From Acidimicrobiia bacterium (GTDB lineage Bacteria > Actinomycetota > Acidimicrobiia > Acidimicrobiales > CADCSY01), in NCBI GenBank assembly GCA_050249235.1, contig JBFWQW010000005.1:1044-65043 (forward strand): a DNA stretch of 64,000 nucleotides. Direction: 5' to 3'. Both the position numbers and the translations under genes were made by a program. Below, one piece after another: positions 35,314 through 44,132 of this stretch. The stretch's first letter is position 1, and every line of letters starts with the position of its first letter. The notes beneath the pieces were generated by a model. The model worked only from the letters and a program-made list of their open reading frames with translations, did no database searches and was not told where the DNA came from.

Positions 35314-36033
35314 ATGGCGCCGATGACCGACGCCCGACGCCCGGCCCGTGTCCTGCACACGAGCGACGTCCACCTCGCCCTGCCCGGGTCGCGCGAGGAG
35401 GTCGCCTTCCGGGCCGCGCTGGCCCTGGCCGGCGAGCTCGACGTCGACGCCGTGCTCATCGCCGGCGACCTGTTCGACCACGCCCGCGTCCCCGACGCCG
35501 TGCTCGACCTCGCCGCCGACGAGCTCGGGCGGCTGGGCCGGCCGGTCGTGCTGCTCCCGGGCAACCACGACGTGCTCGACGCCCGCTCCGTCCACGGGCG
35601 CTTCGAGGTGGCCCGGCGTTGCGCCAACGTGCAGCTCCTCGACGACCCCGAAGGCTCCACCGTCGACGTGCCGGGAACCGACATCGTCGTGTGGGGGCGG
35701 GGCATGGTCGAGCACGAGCCGCGGTACCGGCCCCTTGCCGGGCTCCCCGCCCGCCGGCCCGATGCCTGGTGCATCGCCGCCGCCCACGGGTTGATCGTCG
35801 ACGACGAGCGCAGCGGCCGGTCGTCGACGATCCTCCCCGACGACCTCGACGTCGACTGGGACTACGTGGCCCTCGGTCACATCCACCAGCACCGCGTCGT
35901 CAGCGCGCCCCGGACGGTCGCCTGCTATCCCGGCGCCACCGCGTCGTCACGCGACGGGGCGCCCGGCGTGGTGCTCGTCGAGCTCCACCCCGGCCGGCCG
36001 GTCGAGCTCACCTGGACCACCCTCGCCCCCTGA
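35314..36033 (+). CDS. Metallophosphoesterase (SbcD/Mre11-like calcineurin-fold)
   Basis: RVLHTSDVHL, IAGDLFDH, LLPGNHD and ALGHIHQH. ATG 35314 is chosen within ORF 35200..36033. Confidence 0.8.
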   Translation: MAPMTDARRPARVLHTSDVHLALPGSREEVAFRAALALAGELDVDAVLIAGDLFDHARVPDAVLDLAADELGRLGRPVVLLPGNHDVLDARSVHGRFEVARRCANVQLLDDPEGSTVDVPGTDIVVWGRGMVEHEPRYRPLAGLPARRPDAWCIAAAHGLIVDDERSGRSSTILPDDLDVDWDYVALGHIHQHRVVSAPRTVACYPGATASSRDGAPGVVLVELHPGRPVELTWTTLAP

Positions 36034-36050
36034 CCCTGGCCGGGCGCGGA

Positions 36051-36078
36051 GGAGGGCCACCCGCCCGGGTGGCCCTCC
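36051..36078. terminator. Perfect 12-bp stem hairpin between convergent genes
   Basis: ggagggccaccc-gccc-gggtggccctcc, between the phosphoesterase stop (36033) and the SBP stop (36119). Confidence 0.5.
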
Positions 36079-36118
36079 CTCGTCGGTCTCCTGAGCCGGG
36101 ACCCGCCCGGCAACGGTC

Positions 36119-37717
36119 CTACTTCTTGATGTAGACCTTCGTCGGGTCCGGGTAGAGGGCGCCGAGCTGGTTCGGCTTCCACGTGATGTCGCCGATTCGG
36201 TCGCCGTTCCACACCTGCGACGCCGTGGTGTGGATGCCCCAGACGCCGAGGGCGTTGTCGCTCAGGTACTTGCTGATCTTCGACCAGAGCGCGACCGCCT
36301 CCTTGCTGCCGGGATCGAGGGCACGGAGGTCGTTCACCATCTTCGTGAACGCCGGGTCCTGCGGGTCGCAGGTGTTGCCGACGCTGCCGGGCATGAAGTT
36401 GCGGGTGATCTTGTCGGTCCAGAACCGGGTCTGGGGAGTGACGGTCATCGCCATCTTCCCGTCGATGTAGTAGTCCTGCACGACGTTCGGCGAGGCCTCG
36501 AGCTTGAGCGTGATGCCCGCCTTGGCCCACTGCTGCTGCAGGAGCTCGTGGGCCTGGTTGGCGGTGCCGCCGGCCGTCGACGTGACGAGCGACAGCTCGA
36601 GGTTCGCGTGCCCTGCATCGGCCAGGAGCTTCTTGGCCTTGTCGAGGTCGTACTCGTAGACGTCGTCGAGGCTGTCGTCGTGGTACGGGCTGCTCGAGCC
36701 GAAGAACTGCGACATCGGCTCGCCCTTGCCGTCGGCCAGGACCTGGTTCAGGGCGTCCTTGTCGGTCGCGAAGTTGAGGGCCTGGCGGACGCGGACGTCG
36801 CCGAGGGCCGGGTACTTCTTGCACTGGAGCCCGACCCAGAGCACCGCGTCCGGGTTGGCGATCGTCCGCGTCTCGAGCCCGACGCCCTGGACCTGGGTGA
36901 GCCCGGCGTTGGAGATCGGACTCGCGTCGATCGTCTTGGTGCGCAGGGCGTTGATCGTCGAGGTCTCGCTGGCCGTGTCGATGATCTCGACGCCGGCCAG
37001 TCGCACGTCGTCGGCGCCGTAGTAGCCGTCCCACTTGGCGAGCTTCAGGAGCTGCTGCGAGCGGCTCTCGAACTTGAAGGCGCCGGCACCGACCGGCGCG
37101 GTGTTGAAGTCCTTGCCGGCCGCAACCGCCGCCGGCGAGATCGGCGCGGTCTCGTGGTGGGCGAGGAGGTTGTAGAAGGCGCCCGCGATCGGCTGGCTCA
37201 GGTTGATCGTGAACACCGTCGGGCTGGTCACGTCGATCGACGAGATGAGCGAGAGCTCGGCCGTCCGCATCGAGCGGGCCTGGTTGGCGGTCTTGTTGCG
37301 CAGGATCGAGAACTTGGCCGCCTCCGCGTCGAGCGCGGTGCCGTCCTGGAAGGTCAGACCCGACCGGAGCTCGACCCTGATGGTCGACGGGTTCACGATC
37401 GTGGCCTTCTCGGCCAGGCCGGGCTCGTAGGTGCCGTCCTCGAGCTGGTGGAGGAGCGAGTCGGTGAACATGGCATGGATCCAGAACTCGGTCGGCGCGT
37501 TGGCCTGGATCGGATCGAGCTTCAGCTCGGGTTGGACCAGCGCGTACGCCAGCCGCAGGACCCCGGCGGGATCGACGTCGGCCGACTCGGCCTCGTCGGC
37601 GTCGGGCCCGTCGTCGTCGTCACCCCCGCACGACGCGAGGAGCAACACCGCGGCCAACAGTGCGGCGAGGATGCCGAAGCTCCTCCTCGCGCGCGTATGC
37701 ACGAATCCATCGATCAC
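36119..37717 (-). CDS. ABC transporter substrate-binding lipoprotein, family 5 (peptide/nickel, DppA/OppA-like)
   Basis: A lipobox (LLLASCGG) followed by a DDDDG linker, and family-5 SBP length and composition (e.g. RVELRSGLTFQDGT, WDGYYG). No permease or ATPase genes lie adjacent. Confidence 0.85.
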   Translation of the reverse strand: MIDGFVHTRARRSFGILAALLAAVLLLASCGGDDDDGPDADEAESADVDPAGVLRLAYALVQPELKLDPIQANAPTEFWIHAMFTDSLLHQLEDGTYEPGLAEKATIVNPSTIRVELRSGLTFQDGTALDAEAAKFSILRNKTANQARSMRTAELSLISSIDVTSPTVFTINLSQPIAGAFYNLLAHHETAPISPAAVAAGKDFNTAPVGAGAFKFESRSQQLLKLAKWDGYYGADDVRLAGVEIIDTASETSTINALRTKTIDASPISNAGLTQVQGVGLETRTIANPDAVLWVGLQCKKYPALGDVRVRQALNFATDKDALNQVLADGKGEPMSQFFGSSSPYHDDSLDDVYEYDLDKAKKLLADAGHANLELSLVTSTAGGTANQAHELLQQQWAKAGITLKLEASPNVVQDYYIDGKMAMTVTPQTRFWTDKITRNFMPGSVGNTCDPQDPAFTKMVNDLRALDPGSKEAVALWSKISKYLSDNALGVWGIHTTASQVWNGDRIGDITWKPNQLGALYPDPTKVYIKK

Positions 37718-37805
37718 GTCCGGACCCCCCCTGGTCGTCGGCGTGCGACGCGCGCCGTCTGCGAACTGACACCGTACGAAACCACGATTTCAATCGGCGG
37801 TGCAA

Positions 37806-37905
37806 GCGCGGCGCACGGAACGACCAGCGCGGCGCACGGAACGACCAGCGCGGCGCACGGAACGACCAGCGCGGCGCACGGAACGACCAGCGCGGCGGCG
37901 CACGG
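37806..37905. repeat. 21-bp tandem direct repeat, 4 identical copies plus a degenerate fifth
   Basis: gcgcggcgcacggaacgacca occurs four times (37806-37889), followed by gcgcggcGGCgcacgg. The array starts 89 nt from the SBP start codon and ends 28 nt before the thioesterase ATG (37934). Confidence 0.9.
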
Positions 37906-37933
37906 GGGAAGACCGCCGACCTACGGTCGGGCC

Positions 37934-38365
37934 ATGCACGAGGACGAGTACACGCTCATCGAGGACGTGGCGGGTCCGGCCAAGGAGCAGGCCGGCCACC
38001 ACCTCGTCGACTACGAGACCGGGATGCTGCTCTCGACCTTCTGGTCCGCCTACCTGGCCCGGGTGCGGGCCGGCACGGCCCCGGGCCCGGGGCCGGTGCT
38101 GCGCCGGACCACCAACGACTTCCTCGCCGAGGGCTTCTCGGGCCAGTCCTTCCAGCGGGGCATTCGGATGGTGTCCCGCACCCGCCGGGGCTGCACCTTC
38201 CATGCCGGGCTCTGGCACGCAGACGACGGCCGGATGATCCAGACCTCGGAGATCGTCACCGTGTTCGTGGCCGACGGCAGGGCCGCCGAGATCCCCGACG
38301 ACGTCTGGGCCAACGTCGAGGCGCTCGAGGGCCGGACCATCCCCGTGACGGAGCGCACCCCGTGA
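37934..38365 (+). CDS. Hotdog-fold acyl-CoA thioesterase-like protein
   Basis: 143 aa, with a pattern resembling 4HBT-type thioesterases (...CTFHAGLWHADDGRMIQTSEIVTVFV...). It is the tail of ORF 36230..38365. The call rests on size and pattern only. Confidence 0.6.
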   Translation: MHEDEYTLIEDVAGPAKEQAGHHLVDYETGMLLSTFWSAYLARVRAGTAPGPGPVLRRTTNDFLAEGFSGQSFQRGIRMVSRTRRGCTFHAGLWHADDGRMIQTSEIVTVFVADGRAAEIPDDVWANVEALEGRTIPVTERTP

Positions 38366-39252
38366 CCGGGCCGCTCACCGACGACACCGTCGGCACGGTC
38401 ACGTTCGGCGACATCACCGCCCGGCGCCTGGGCTTCGGCGCCATGCGGGTGTCCGGGGCCCGGAACGCCGACGGCGTCCGCGACCGGGCCGAGGCCGTCG
38501 CCCTCTATCGGGCCGTCTACGACCGGGGCGTCAACTTCGTCGACACCGCCAACATCTACGGCTACGGCGAGTCGGAGGAGATCCTCGCCGAGGCGCTGCA
38601 TCCGTATCCCGACGACCTGTTCATCACCACCAAGGCCGGCTTCAAGCCGGGCAAGATCGAGCCGGGCAAGTCGTCGCTCCCGCCCCTCGGGCGCCCGGAG
38701 CACATCAAGGAGGAGTGCGACAAGAGCCTGGCCCGCCTCCGCCTCGACTGCATCCCCCTCTACCAGGTGCACGTGCCCGACCCCGACGTGCCCTACGAGG
38801 AGACGGTGGGAGCCTTCGTCGAGCTGCAGCAGGCCGGGAAGGTGCGCCACATCGGCGTCTCCAACGTGAACCTCGAGCAGCTGGCCCTGGCCCGGTCGCT
38901 GTGCGAGGTGGTATCGGTGCAGAACGCCTACAACGTCGCCCGGCGGTCCTCCGAGCCGGTCCTGCGGGCCTGCGAGGACAGCGGGATCGTCTTCATCCCC
39001 CACTCGCCGAACATCCTCGGCGAGGGCGAGGCGGCGACGGCGGTGGCCGAGATCGCCGCCGCCCACGGCGTGTCCACCCAGCAGGTGGCGGTGGCCTGGC
39101 TCCTGGCCCACTCGGCCGCGGCCGCGCCCATACCCGGCACCTCGAAGGTCGCCCACGCCGTCGACAACGTCGACACCGCCTGGCTGCGGCTGTCCGGCGA
39201 CGAGCTGGCCCGGCTCGACGCCGCCGGCCGGGCCACCGTGCCGGGGGCCTGA
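38362..39252 (+). CDS. Aldo/keto reductase
   Basis: LGFGAMRVSG, FVDTANIYGYGESEEILAEAL, LFITTKAG, LYQVHVPD and GVSNV. GTG 38362 overlaps the upstream stop (GTGA). Confidence 0.9.
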   Translation: MTGPLTDDTVGTVTFGDITARRLGFGAMRVSGARNADGVRDRAEAVALYRAVYDRGVNFVDTANIYGYGESEEILAEALHPYPDDLFITTKAGFKPGKIEPGKSSLPPLGRPEHIKEECDKSLARLRLDCIPLYQVHVPDPDVPYEETVGAFVELQQAGKVRHIGVSNVNLEQLALARSLCEVVSVQNAYNVARRSSEPVLRACEDSGIVFIPHSPNILGEGEAATAVAEIAAAHGVSTQQVAVAWLLAHSAAAAPIPGTSKVAHAVDNVDTAWLRLSGDELARLDAAGRATVPGA

Positions 39253-39254
39253 CC

Positions 39255-40025
39255 GTGCCAACCATCGGGCTGGCGCCGGGAACCGGCTTCGAGATCCACA
39301 CCCTCGCCGACCTCGACACCTACCTCGGTGCCGTGGCCGACGCCGGCTTCGACGCCGTGTCGCTGGCGCTCACCCAGCTGGCCGGCGATCCGGTCGGGGC
39401 GGCCCGCCTGCTCACCACCCACGGGCTGCGCTGCACCGACGTGCTGTCGATGCGCGTCACCCGGGACGACGACGAGACGATGGCTTCGGCCCGGGCCATG
39501 GCGCCGGCGGTCGACGCCCTCGGTGCCGACCACGTGCTGGCCATGTTCTGGACCCGCCTCAGCGACGAGTCGCTCGACCGCCTGGGCCGGTGCGCCGACG
39601 TGGCCGGCGCGCCGATCGCCCTGGAGTTCGGACCGGGCGGGGCGGCCGACACGGTCGCCTCCGCCGACCGATTCGTCGACGCCCTCGGCATCGACCGGGT
39701 GAGCGTGCTGGCCGACACCTTCCACTTCTTCCGGGGTGACAGCACCTGGTCGATGCTCGAGTCGGTCCCGCTCGACCACCTGCCCATCGTCCAGTTCACC
39801 GACGCCCTGCCCGCCCTCTCGGACGACTACATGGCCGAGACCACGAACCGGCGGGCGTGGGGCGGCCACGGCGAGCTCGAGCTCGGCCGGTTCGCGTCGA
39901 CCCTGCTCGACCGGGGCTGGGACGGCGTCGTCAGCGTCGAGGTGATCTCAGCCGAGCTGCGGCAGCTCCCCGTGGCCGAGTTCGCCCGCCTCGCCTACGC
40001 CACCACCGCCCCCTACTGGACCTGA
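39255..40025 (+). CDS. Sugar phosphate isomerase/epimerase (xylose isomerase-like TIM barrel)
   Basis: IALEFGPGG..., LADTFHFF, VQFTDA, GVVSVEVIS. GTG 39255 lies 2 nt after the AKR stop. Confidence 0.75.
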   Translation: MPTIGLAPGTGFEIHTLADLDTYLGAVADAGFDAVSLALTQLAGDPVGAARLLTTHGLRCTDVLSMRVTRDDDETMASARAMAPAVDALGADHVLAMFWTRLSDESLDRLGRCADVAGAPIALEFGPGGAADTVASADRFVDALGIDRVSVLADTFHFFRGDSTWSMLESVPLDHLPIVQFTDALPALSDDYMAETTNRRAWGGHGELELGRFASTLLDRGWDGVVSVEVISAELRQLPVAEFARLAYATTAPYWT

Positions 40026-40054
40026 CCCCTCCCCCGTCCGGCGCATCATGGGAT

Positions 40055-41230
40055 GTGCTCGACGACCCCTACGCCCACAAGGAGGTGGTGCTCCGGGTCG
40101 GCGACCGGCGCCTGGCGCTGACGACGTCGCAGGAGCTCTTCTCGGCCCACGCCGTCGACACCGGCACGATCGCCCTCGTGCGCTCCCTCCGCTCGGCGTC
40201 GATCCCGCCGCCGACCCGGGTGCTCGACCTGGGGTGCGGCTACGGGCCGGTCGGGCTGGCGGCCAAGGAGACCTGGCCGGGCGCGGCCGTCACCGTGGCC
40301 GACCGGGACGCGCTCGCCGTCGACTACGCGGCCGCCAACGCCGGGGCCAACGGGCTCGAGGTCGAGGCCGTCGGGTCGGTCGGCTACGACGAGGTCGGGA
40401 CCGGCCCCGACCTGGTCGTCTCGAACGTCCCGGGCAAGGCCCCCGACCTGGTGCACCGCGAGCTGCTCGTCGCCCCCCTCGGAGCGGCCCGCACGGCCGC
40501 CGTCGTGGTCGTCGAGCCCCTGGTCGGGAGGGTCGACGAGCTCCTGGCCGGGGCCGGCGCCACCGTGGCGCTCCGCGAGCTCGGCGCCCGGCACGCCGTC
40601 TTCCACTACCACCTGCCGCCGGGCGAGGCGCCCGGCGCCACCGCCGTCGACCGGGGCGTCTACGACCGGGCCGTCGTGCCCCTCGCCCTGCCCTCCGGCA
40701 CCGTCGAGGTCCGAACCGTGCACGGGGTCCGGGAATTCGACCAGCTCGGCTACGACACCGAGCTCGGCCTCGAGCTGCTGGCCGGCATCGCCGCGTCCGA
40801 CGTGCTCCTCACCAACCCCGGCCAGGGCCACCTCGGCGCCGCCCTGGCCCTCGGCGCCGGGCCGGCGTCCATGCTCGTCGTCGACCGGGACCTGCTCGCC
40901 CTCCGGGCGACCGCCCGCAACCTCGCCGCCCTCGGGGCGGCCCCTACCCCGGCCGTGCGGCACGCCACCAGCCTCGGCGTGGTGCCGGCCATCGACCTGG
41001 CTGTGCTCCCGCTCCGGCCCAAGGAGCCCCGCCCGGTGCTCGTCGCCGCCCTGGCGGGCGCGGCCGCGGCGCTGCGCCCCGGCGGCCGGGTGATCGTGCT
41101 GGGCCGGGCCGCGGCGGTCCGCCGCCTGCTCGTGAACCTCGACCTCGGGACCCTCGCCCTGCGCCGCGGGCGGGAGCTGCGGGCCCGCGGCCACGCCGCG
41201 CTCGAGCTCCTGGCCCGGAGCCGGGCGTGA
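40055..41230 (+). CDS. Two-lobed class I SAM-dependent methyltransferase (RsmC/RlmG-like)
   Basis: VFSAHAVDTGT-type N-lobe, VLDLGCGYGPVGL (motif I), and VVSNVPGK in place of NPPFH. The second lobe contains VLLTNPGQGHLG. The GTG 40055 start is tentative. Confidence 0.65.
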   Translation: MLDDPYAHKEVVLRVGDRRLALTTSQELFSAHAVDTGTIALVRSLRSASIPPPTRVLDLGCGYGPVGLAAKETWPGAAVTVADRDALAVDYAAANAGANGLEVEAVGSVGYDEVGTGPDLVVSNVPGKAPDLVHRELLVAPLGAARTAAVVVVEPLVGRVDELLAGAGATVALRELGARHAVFHYHLPPGEAPGATAVDRGVYDRAVVPLALPSGTVEVRTVHGVREFDQLGYDTELGLELLAGIAASDVLLTNPGQGHLGAALALGAGPASMLVVDRDLLALRATARNLAALGAAPTPAVRHATSLGVVPAIDLAVLPLRPKEPRPVLVAALAGAAAALRPGGRVIVLGRAAAVRRLLVNLDLGTLALRRGRELRARGHAALELLARSRA

Positions 41231-41239
41231 CGAGCCGGC

Positions 41240-42079
41240 TCAGCTGGCCGGCTGGGGCCGCCAGTCGGGGTAGACGCCCCGCTCGATGGCGAGGTTCTGG
41301 GCGCTGACCTCGCCCCGCTGCAGCTCGTCGGCCTCGGGCGACGTGAGCAGCCAGGCCACGGCGGCACCGACGGCGGCCGGCGGCGCGGCCCAGCTCGGAT
41401 CGAACCCGAACTCCTCGACGTCGAGCGAGTTCCGCTCCGTCAGCACGAAGCCGGGCTCGACGTTGAAGGCCCGGATGCCCTTGTCGCCGTACTCGGCCTG
41501 GAGGCTGCCGACCAGCGTGTGGCCGGCGGCCTTGCCGATGCGGTAGCCGAGGCCCGGCCGGGGGCTCTGCGGGTAGAAGTTGTAGCCGGCGCCCGAGCTG
41601 ATGGTGACGAAGGTGCCGCTGCCCCGCTCGATCATGCCGGGCAGGAGCATCTGGGCGATCCGGATGGGCGCCACACCATGGGCCTCGAGGAAGAGGCGGT
41701 ACTGGTCGACCGGCGTGTCGAGGATCGTGTCCATGAGGCCGGGGCCGATGTGGCGGCCGTTGTTCACCACGACGTCGACCGTGCCCCACTCGTCGAGCAG
41801 CTTCTGGGTGGCCGACTCGACGAGGCTCATGTCGGTGAGGTCCATGCGCAGCGGGAGCGCCTGCTGCCCGGCCGCCTCGACGAGCTCGGCCGTCTCCTCG
41901 ACGCTGCCCGGCAGCGGCCGGGTGTCGACCTTGTGGACGGTCTGGGTGTGCTCGGGCGTGGGATCGCCCTTGCTCACGGTCCGCGCCGCCAGCGCGACGT
42001 CGAACCCCGCCTCGGCGAGCGCGATCGAGATGGCCTTCCCGATCCCCCGGCTCGCGCCCGTCACCAGTGCCTTCGGCAT
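41240..42079 (-). CDS. Short-chain dehydrogenase/reductase (SDR)
   Basis: TGASRGIGKAI, VVVNNG, and a SSGAG...Y...K catalytic region. Confidence 0.9.
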   Translation of the reverse strand: MPKALVTGASRGIGKAISIALAEAGFDVALAARTVSKGDPTPEHTQTVHKVDTRPLPGSVEETAELVEAAGQQALPLRMDLTDMSLVESATQKLLDEWGTVDVVVNNGRHIGPGLMDTILDTPVDQYRLFLEAHGVAPIRIAQMLLPGMIERGSGTFVTISSGAGYNFYPQSPRPGLGYRIGKAAGHTLVGSLQAEYGDKGIRAFNVEPGFVLTERNSLDVEEFGFDPSWAAPPAAVGAAVAWLLTSPEADELQRGEVSAQNLAIERGVYPDWRPQPAS

Positions 42080-42160
42080 GTCTGCGACCTCCCCTCGTGG
42101 TGCCGGCGACCCTAGTGGTCCGTCGCCGGCCTCTTCCCGCCGCCGGCCGGGGGGAGGCGC

Positions 42161-43018
42161 TCAGTCCTGGTGGGGCGGGGGCTGCTTCTCGGCCTCGAGC
42201 CAGGCCGGCAGGACCCGGGGCGGGCGGCTCGAGCTGTAGAGCACCTCCTGGGTCAGCGATGCCAGCAGGCTGCCGTCACGGTCGAAGAAGGAGCCTCCGT
42301 ACAGACCCCGGCCCTGATTGGCGGCGATCGTCACCAGATCCATGAGCACCCAGTCGTCCATGTCGACCGGGCGGTGGAACCAGAACCCGTGGTCGAGGCT
42401 GGGCCCACCGGCGTCGCCCGTCCCCGGCCGGGACGGCAGGCCGGTGTAGAGGTCGGAGAAGTGCACGAGCACGCAGGCGTGGAGCAGGGGATCGTCGCCG
42501 ACCGGCGCGATGGCCCGGCCCCAGGCCCGGTTGGGCACGCTCGAGCCGAACCCCGTCCCGACGTTGCGGACGTCGACCGCGGAGGAGTGCCGGAAGGGCA
42601 TCCCGGTCTCGGTCTCCAGATCCTCGGGGAGGGGCACCCCGTCCGGGAAGGTGGCGGCCGCCAGGTCGGGGCCTTCCTCGGGCACGTGGAACGACGCCGA
42701 CATCGTGAAGATCGCCCGGTCCCGCTGCGAGACGACCACCCGGCGGGCCGAGAACGAACGGCCGTCGGTGTCCCGCTCGACCCGAAGCTCCATGGGTTCG
42801 ACCGACGAGCCGGGCCGCAGGAAGTAGGCGTGCAGCGAGTGGGGGTGGCGGTCGGGGTCGACCGTGAGGCCGGCGGCCCGCAGGGCCAGCGCCAGCGGCA
42901 CCCCGCCGAAGAGGCCGGTGAACCGAGGGTCGGGCGGTGGGTCGAAGTGGCGGAAGGCGTCGTTGCCGACGGGCTCGAGCGCGAACAGCTCGTCGATCGA
43001 CGTGGCGGCCTCGGTCAC
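42161..43018 (-). CDS. Acyl-CoA thioesterase II (TesB-like double hotdog)
   Basis: LFALEPVGNDAFR..., GLFGGVPLALALRAA, HSLHAYFLRPG, and a C-terminal GRGLYGGSFFDRDGSLLASLTQEVL. Confidence 0.85.
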   Translation of the reverse strand: MTEAATSIDELFALEPVGNDAFRHFDPPPDPRFTGLFGGVPLALALRAAGLTVDPDRHPHSLHAYFLRPGSSVEPMELRVERDTDGRSFSARRVVVSQRDRAIFTMSASFHVPEEGPDLAAATFPDGVPLPEDLETETGMPFRHSSAVDVRNVGTGFGSSVPNRAWGRAIAPVGDDPLLHACVLVHFSDLYTGLPSRPGTGDAGGPSLDHGFWFHRPVDMDDWVLMDLVTIAANQGRGLYGGSFFDRDGSLLASLTQEVLYSSSRPPRVLPAWLEAEKQPPPHQD

Positions 43019-43055
43019 CGCCGGACCCTAGCGACGCCCCCCCGAGGCCCCTCTG

Positions 43056-43925
43056 CTACCACGCCCCGAAGGGGGTCTCCGTGAAGCGGAAGAGGACGCC
43101 CTGGGCGTCGGCCGGGTCGACCGTCACCTGGCCGTCGGCGGGGCGCTCGACCCGGATCCCCTTCGAGGCCAGGTGGTCGGCGGCGGCACCGGCGTCGACC
43201 ACCTCGAAGGTGACGGCGTGGACGATCTCGCCGTTGCGCTCGAGCTCACGGCCGGCGTCGCTGCCGGTGTCGAGGGGCTGGGCCACCTCGAGGCTCACGG
43301 TCGGGCTCAGCGTCACGAACGCCGACGACGTGCCGAACGGCGTGGCCGCCACCTCGTGGCCCACCGTGGCCCGGAAGGCCTCGAGCATCGGCGGCACCCG
43401 GCCGGCCCGGTCGGCGGTGACCACCGTGACCCACGCCGGGCCGCGGAGCCCGAGGGGGTGCTCGTCCCGCCAGAACGACGAGGTCCAGCCCTCGGCCCAC
43501 CTCGGGTCCGTCTCGATCCGGGGGTTCCAGAGCTCGTAGAGGCCGGGGAAGTCGCGGGGCCGGGTCCAGATCTCGTCGCCGAGGCCCTGCACCTCGCCAC
43601 CCAGGGCGCCGGTGAGGCGGCGGCCGAGGGAGGCGAAGTGGTCGAGGAAGTCCTGCGGGTCGTCGAGGTGCACGGCCAGCGAGTGGAGGTGGGGACCGAC
43701 CCGCTCTCGGAACTTGCCGACCGCGGTGGGCACGTCGGGCAGCGGGCTGAGGGGCATGAGGACGACGTCGCCGATCGTCTGGAGCGCCAGCCGCGAGCCC
43801 AGGACCTCGCTGCGCTGGAAGACGATCGGGGCGAACACGTCGGCGTACCAGTCGACGGCGGCGTCGACGTCGTCGACCACGTGGGTGATGTGGAACACGT
43901 CACCGATCTCGAACACGTTCCCCAC
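43056..43925 (-). CDS. VOC-family (glyoxalase/extradiol dioxygenase-like) two-domain protein
   Basis: A repeated beta-alpha-beta-beta-beta module pattern, e.g. FHITHVVDDVDAAVDWYADVF and HAVTFEVVDAGAAADHLASKGIRV. Confidence 0.7.
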   Translation of the reverse strand: MGNVFEIGDVFHITHVVDDVDAAVDWYADVFAPIVFQRSEVLGSRLALQTIGDVVLMPLSPLPDVPTAVGKFRERVGPHLHSLAVHLDDPQDFLDHFASLGRRLTGALGGEVQGLGDEIWTRPRDFPGLYELWNPRIETDPRWAEGWTSSFWRDEHPLGLRGPAWVTVVTADRAGRVPPMLEAFRATVGHEVAATPFGTSSAFVTLSPTVSLEVAQPLDTGSDAGRELERNGEIVHAVTFEVVDAGAAADHLASKGIRVERPADGQVTVDPADAQGVLFRFTETPFGAW

Positions 43926-44040
43926 CTCCCGGCCGGCGCCCCGCGGCGCCGCGCCCGGCCGGGCACGCTACGTGCCGCCCACCACCTCGATGTCTCGCCC
44001 GCCCGCCCCCACCTGGACGCGCCGCCCGCCGGCCCTCCCT

Positions 44041-44091
44041 CGAACTCGGTGCGTTCGTCGCCGCTCAGGGGCGACCAGCGCACCGAGTTCG
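44041..44091 (-). terminator. Compound hairpin downstream of the carboxylesterase gene
   Basis: Perfect 13-bp outer arms, cgaactcggtgcg and cgcaccgagttcg, with an inner 6-bp stem gtcgcc/ggcgac. It starts 42 nt after the stop at 44133. Confidence 0.5.
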
Positions 44092-44132
44092 GGTTCTGGT
44101 CGGTTCTGATCGGATCCCGGTGGACGGGAGAG

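Noticed and set aside
37806-37905. Possible CRISPR array (the same question applies to 45791-45884 and 19883-19951)
   Set aside because: The repeats are strictly head-to-tail with no unique spacers, the units are only 20-21 bp, and no cas genes are present in the window.
40048-41307. An alternative-frame 419-aa ORF beginning at ATG 40048
   Set aside because: Its translation is Arg/Pro/Gly low complexity. The overlapping frame starting at GTG 40055 carries clear SAM-methyltransferase motifs.
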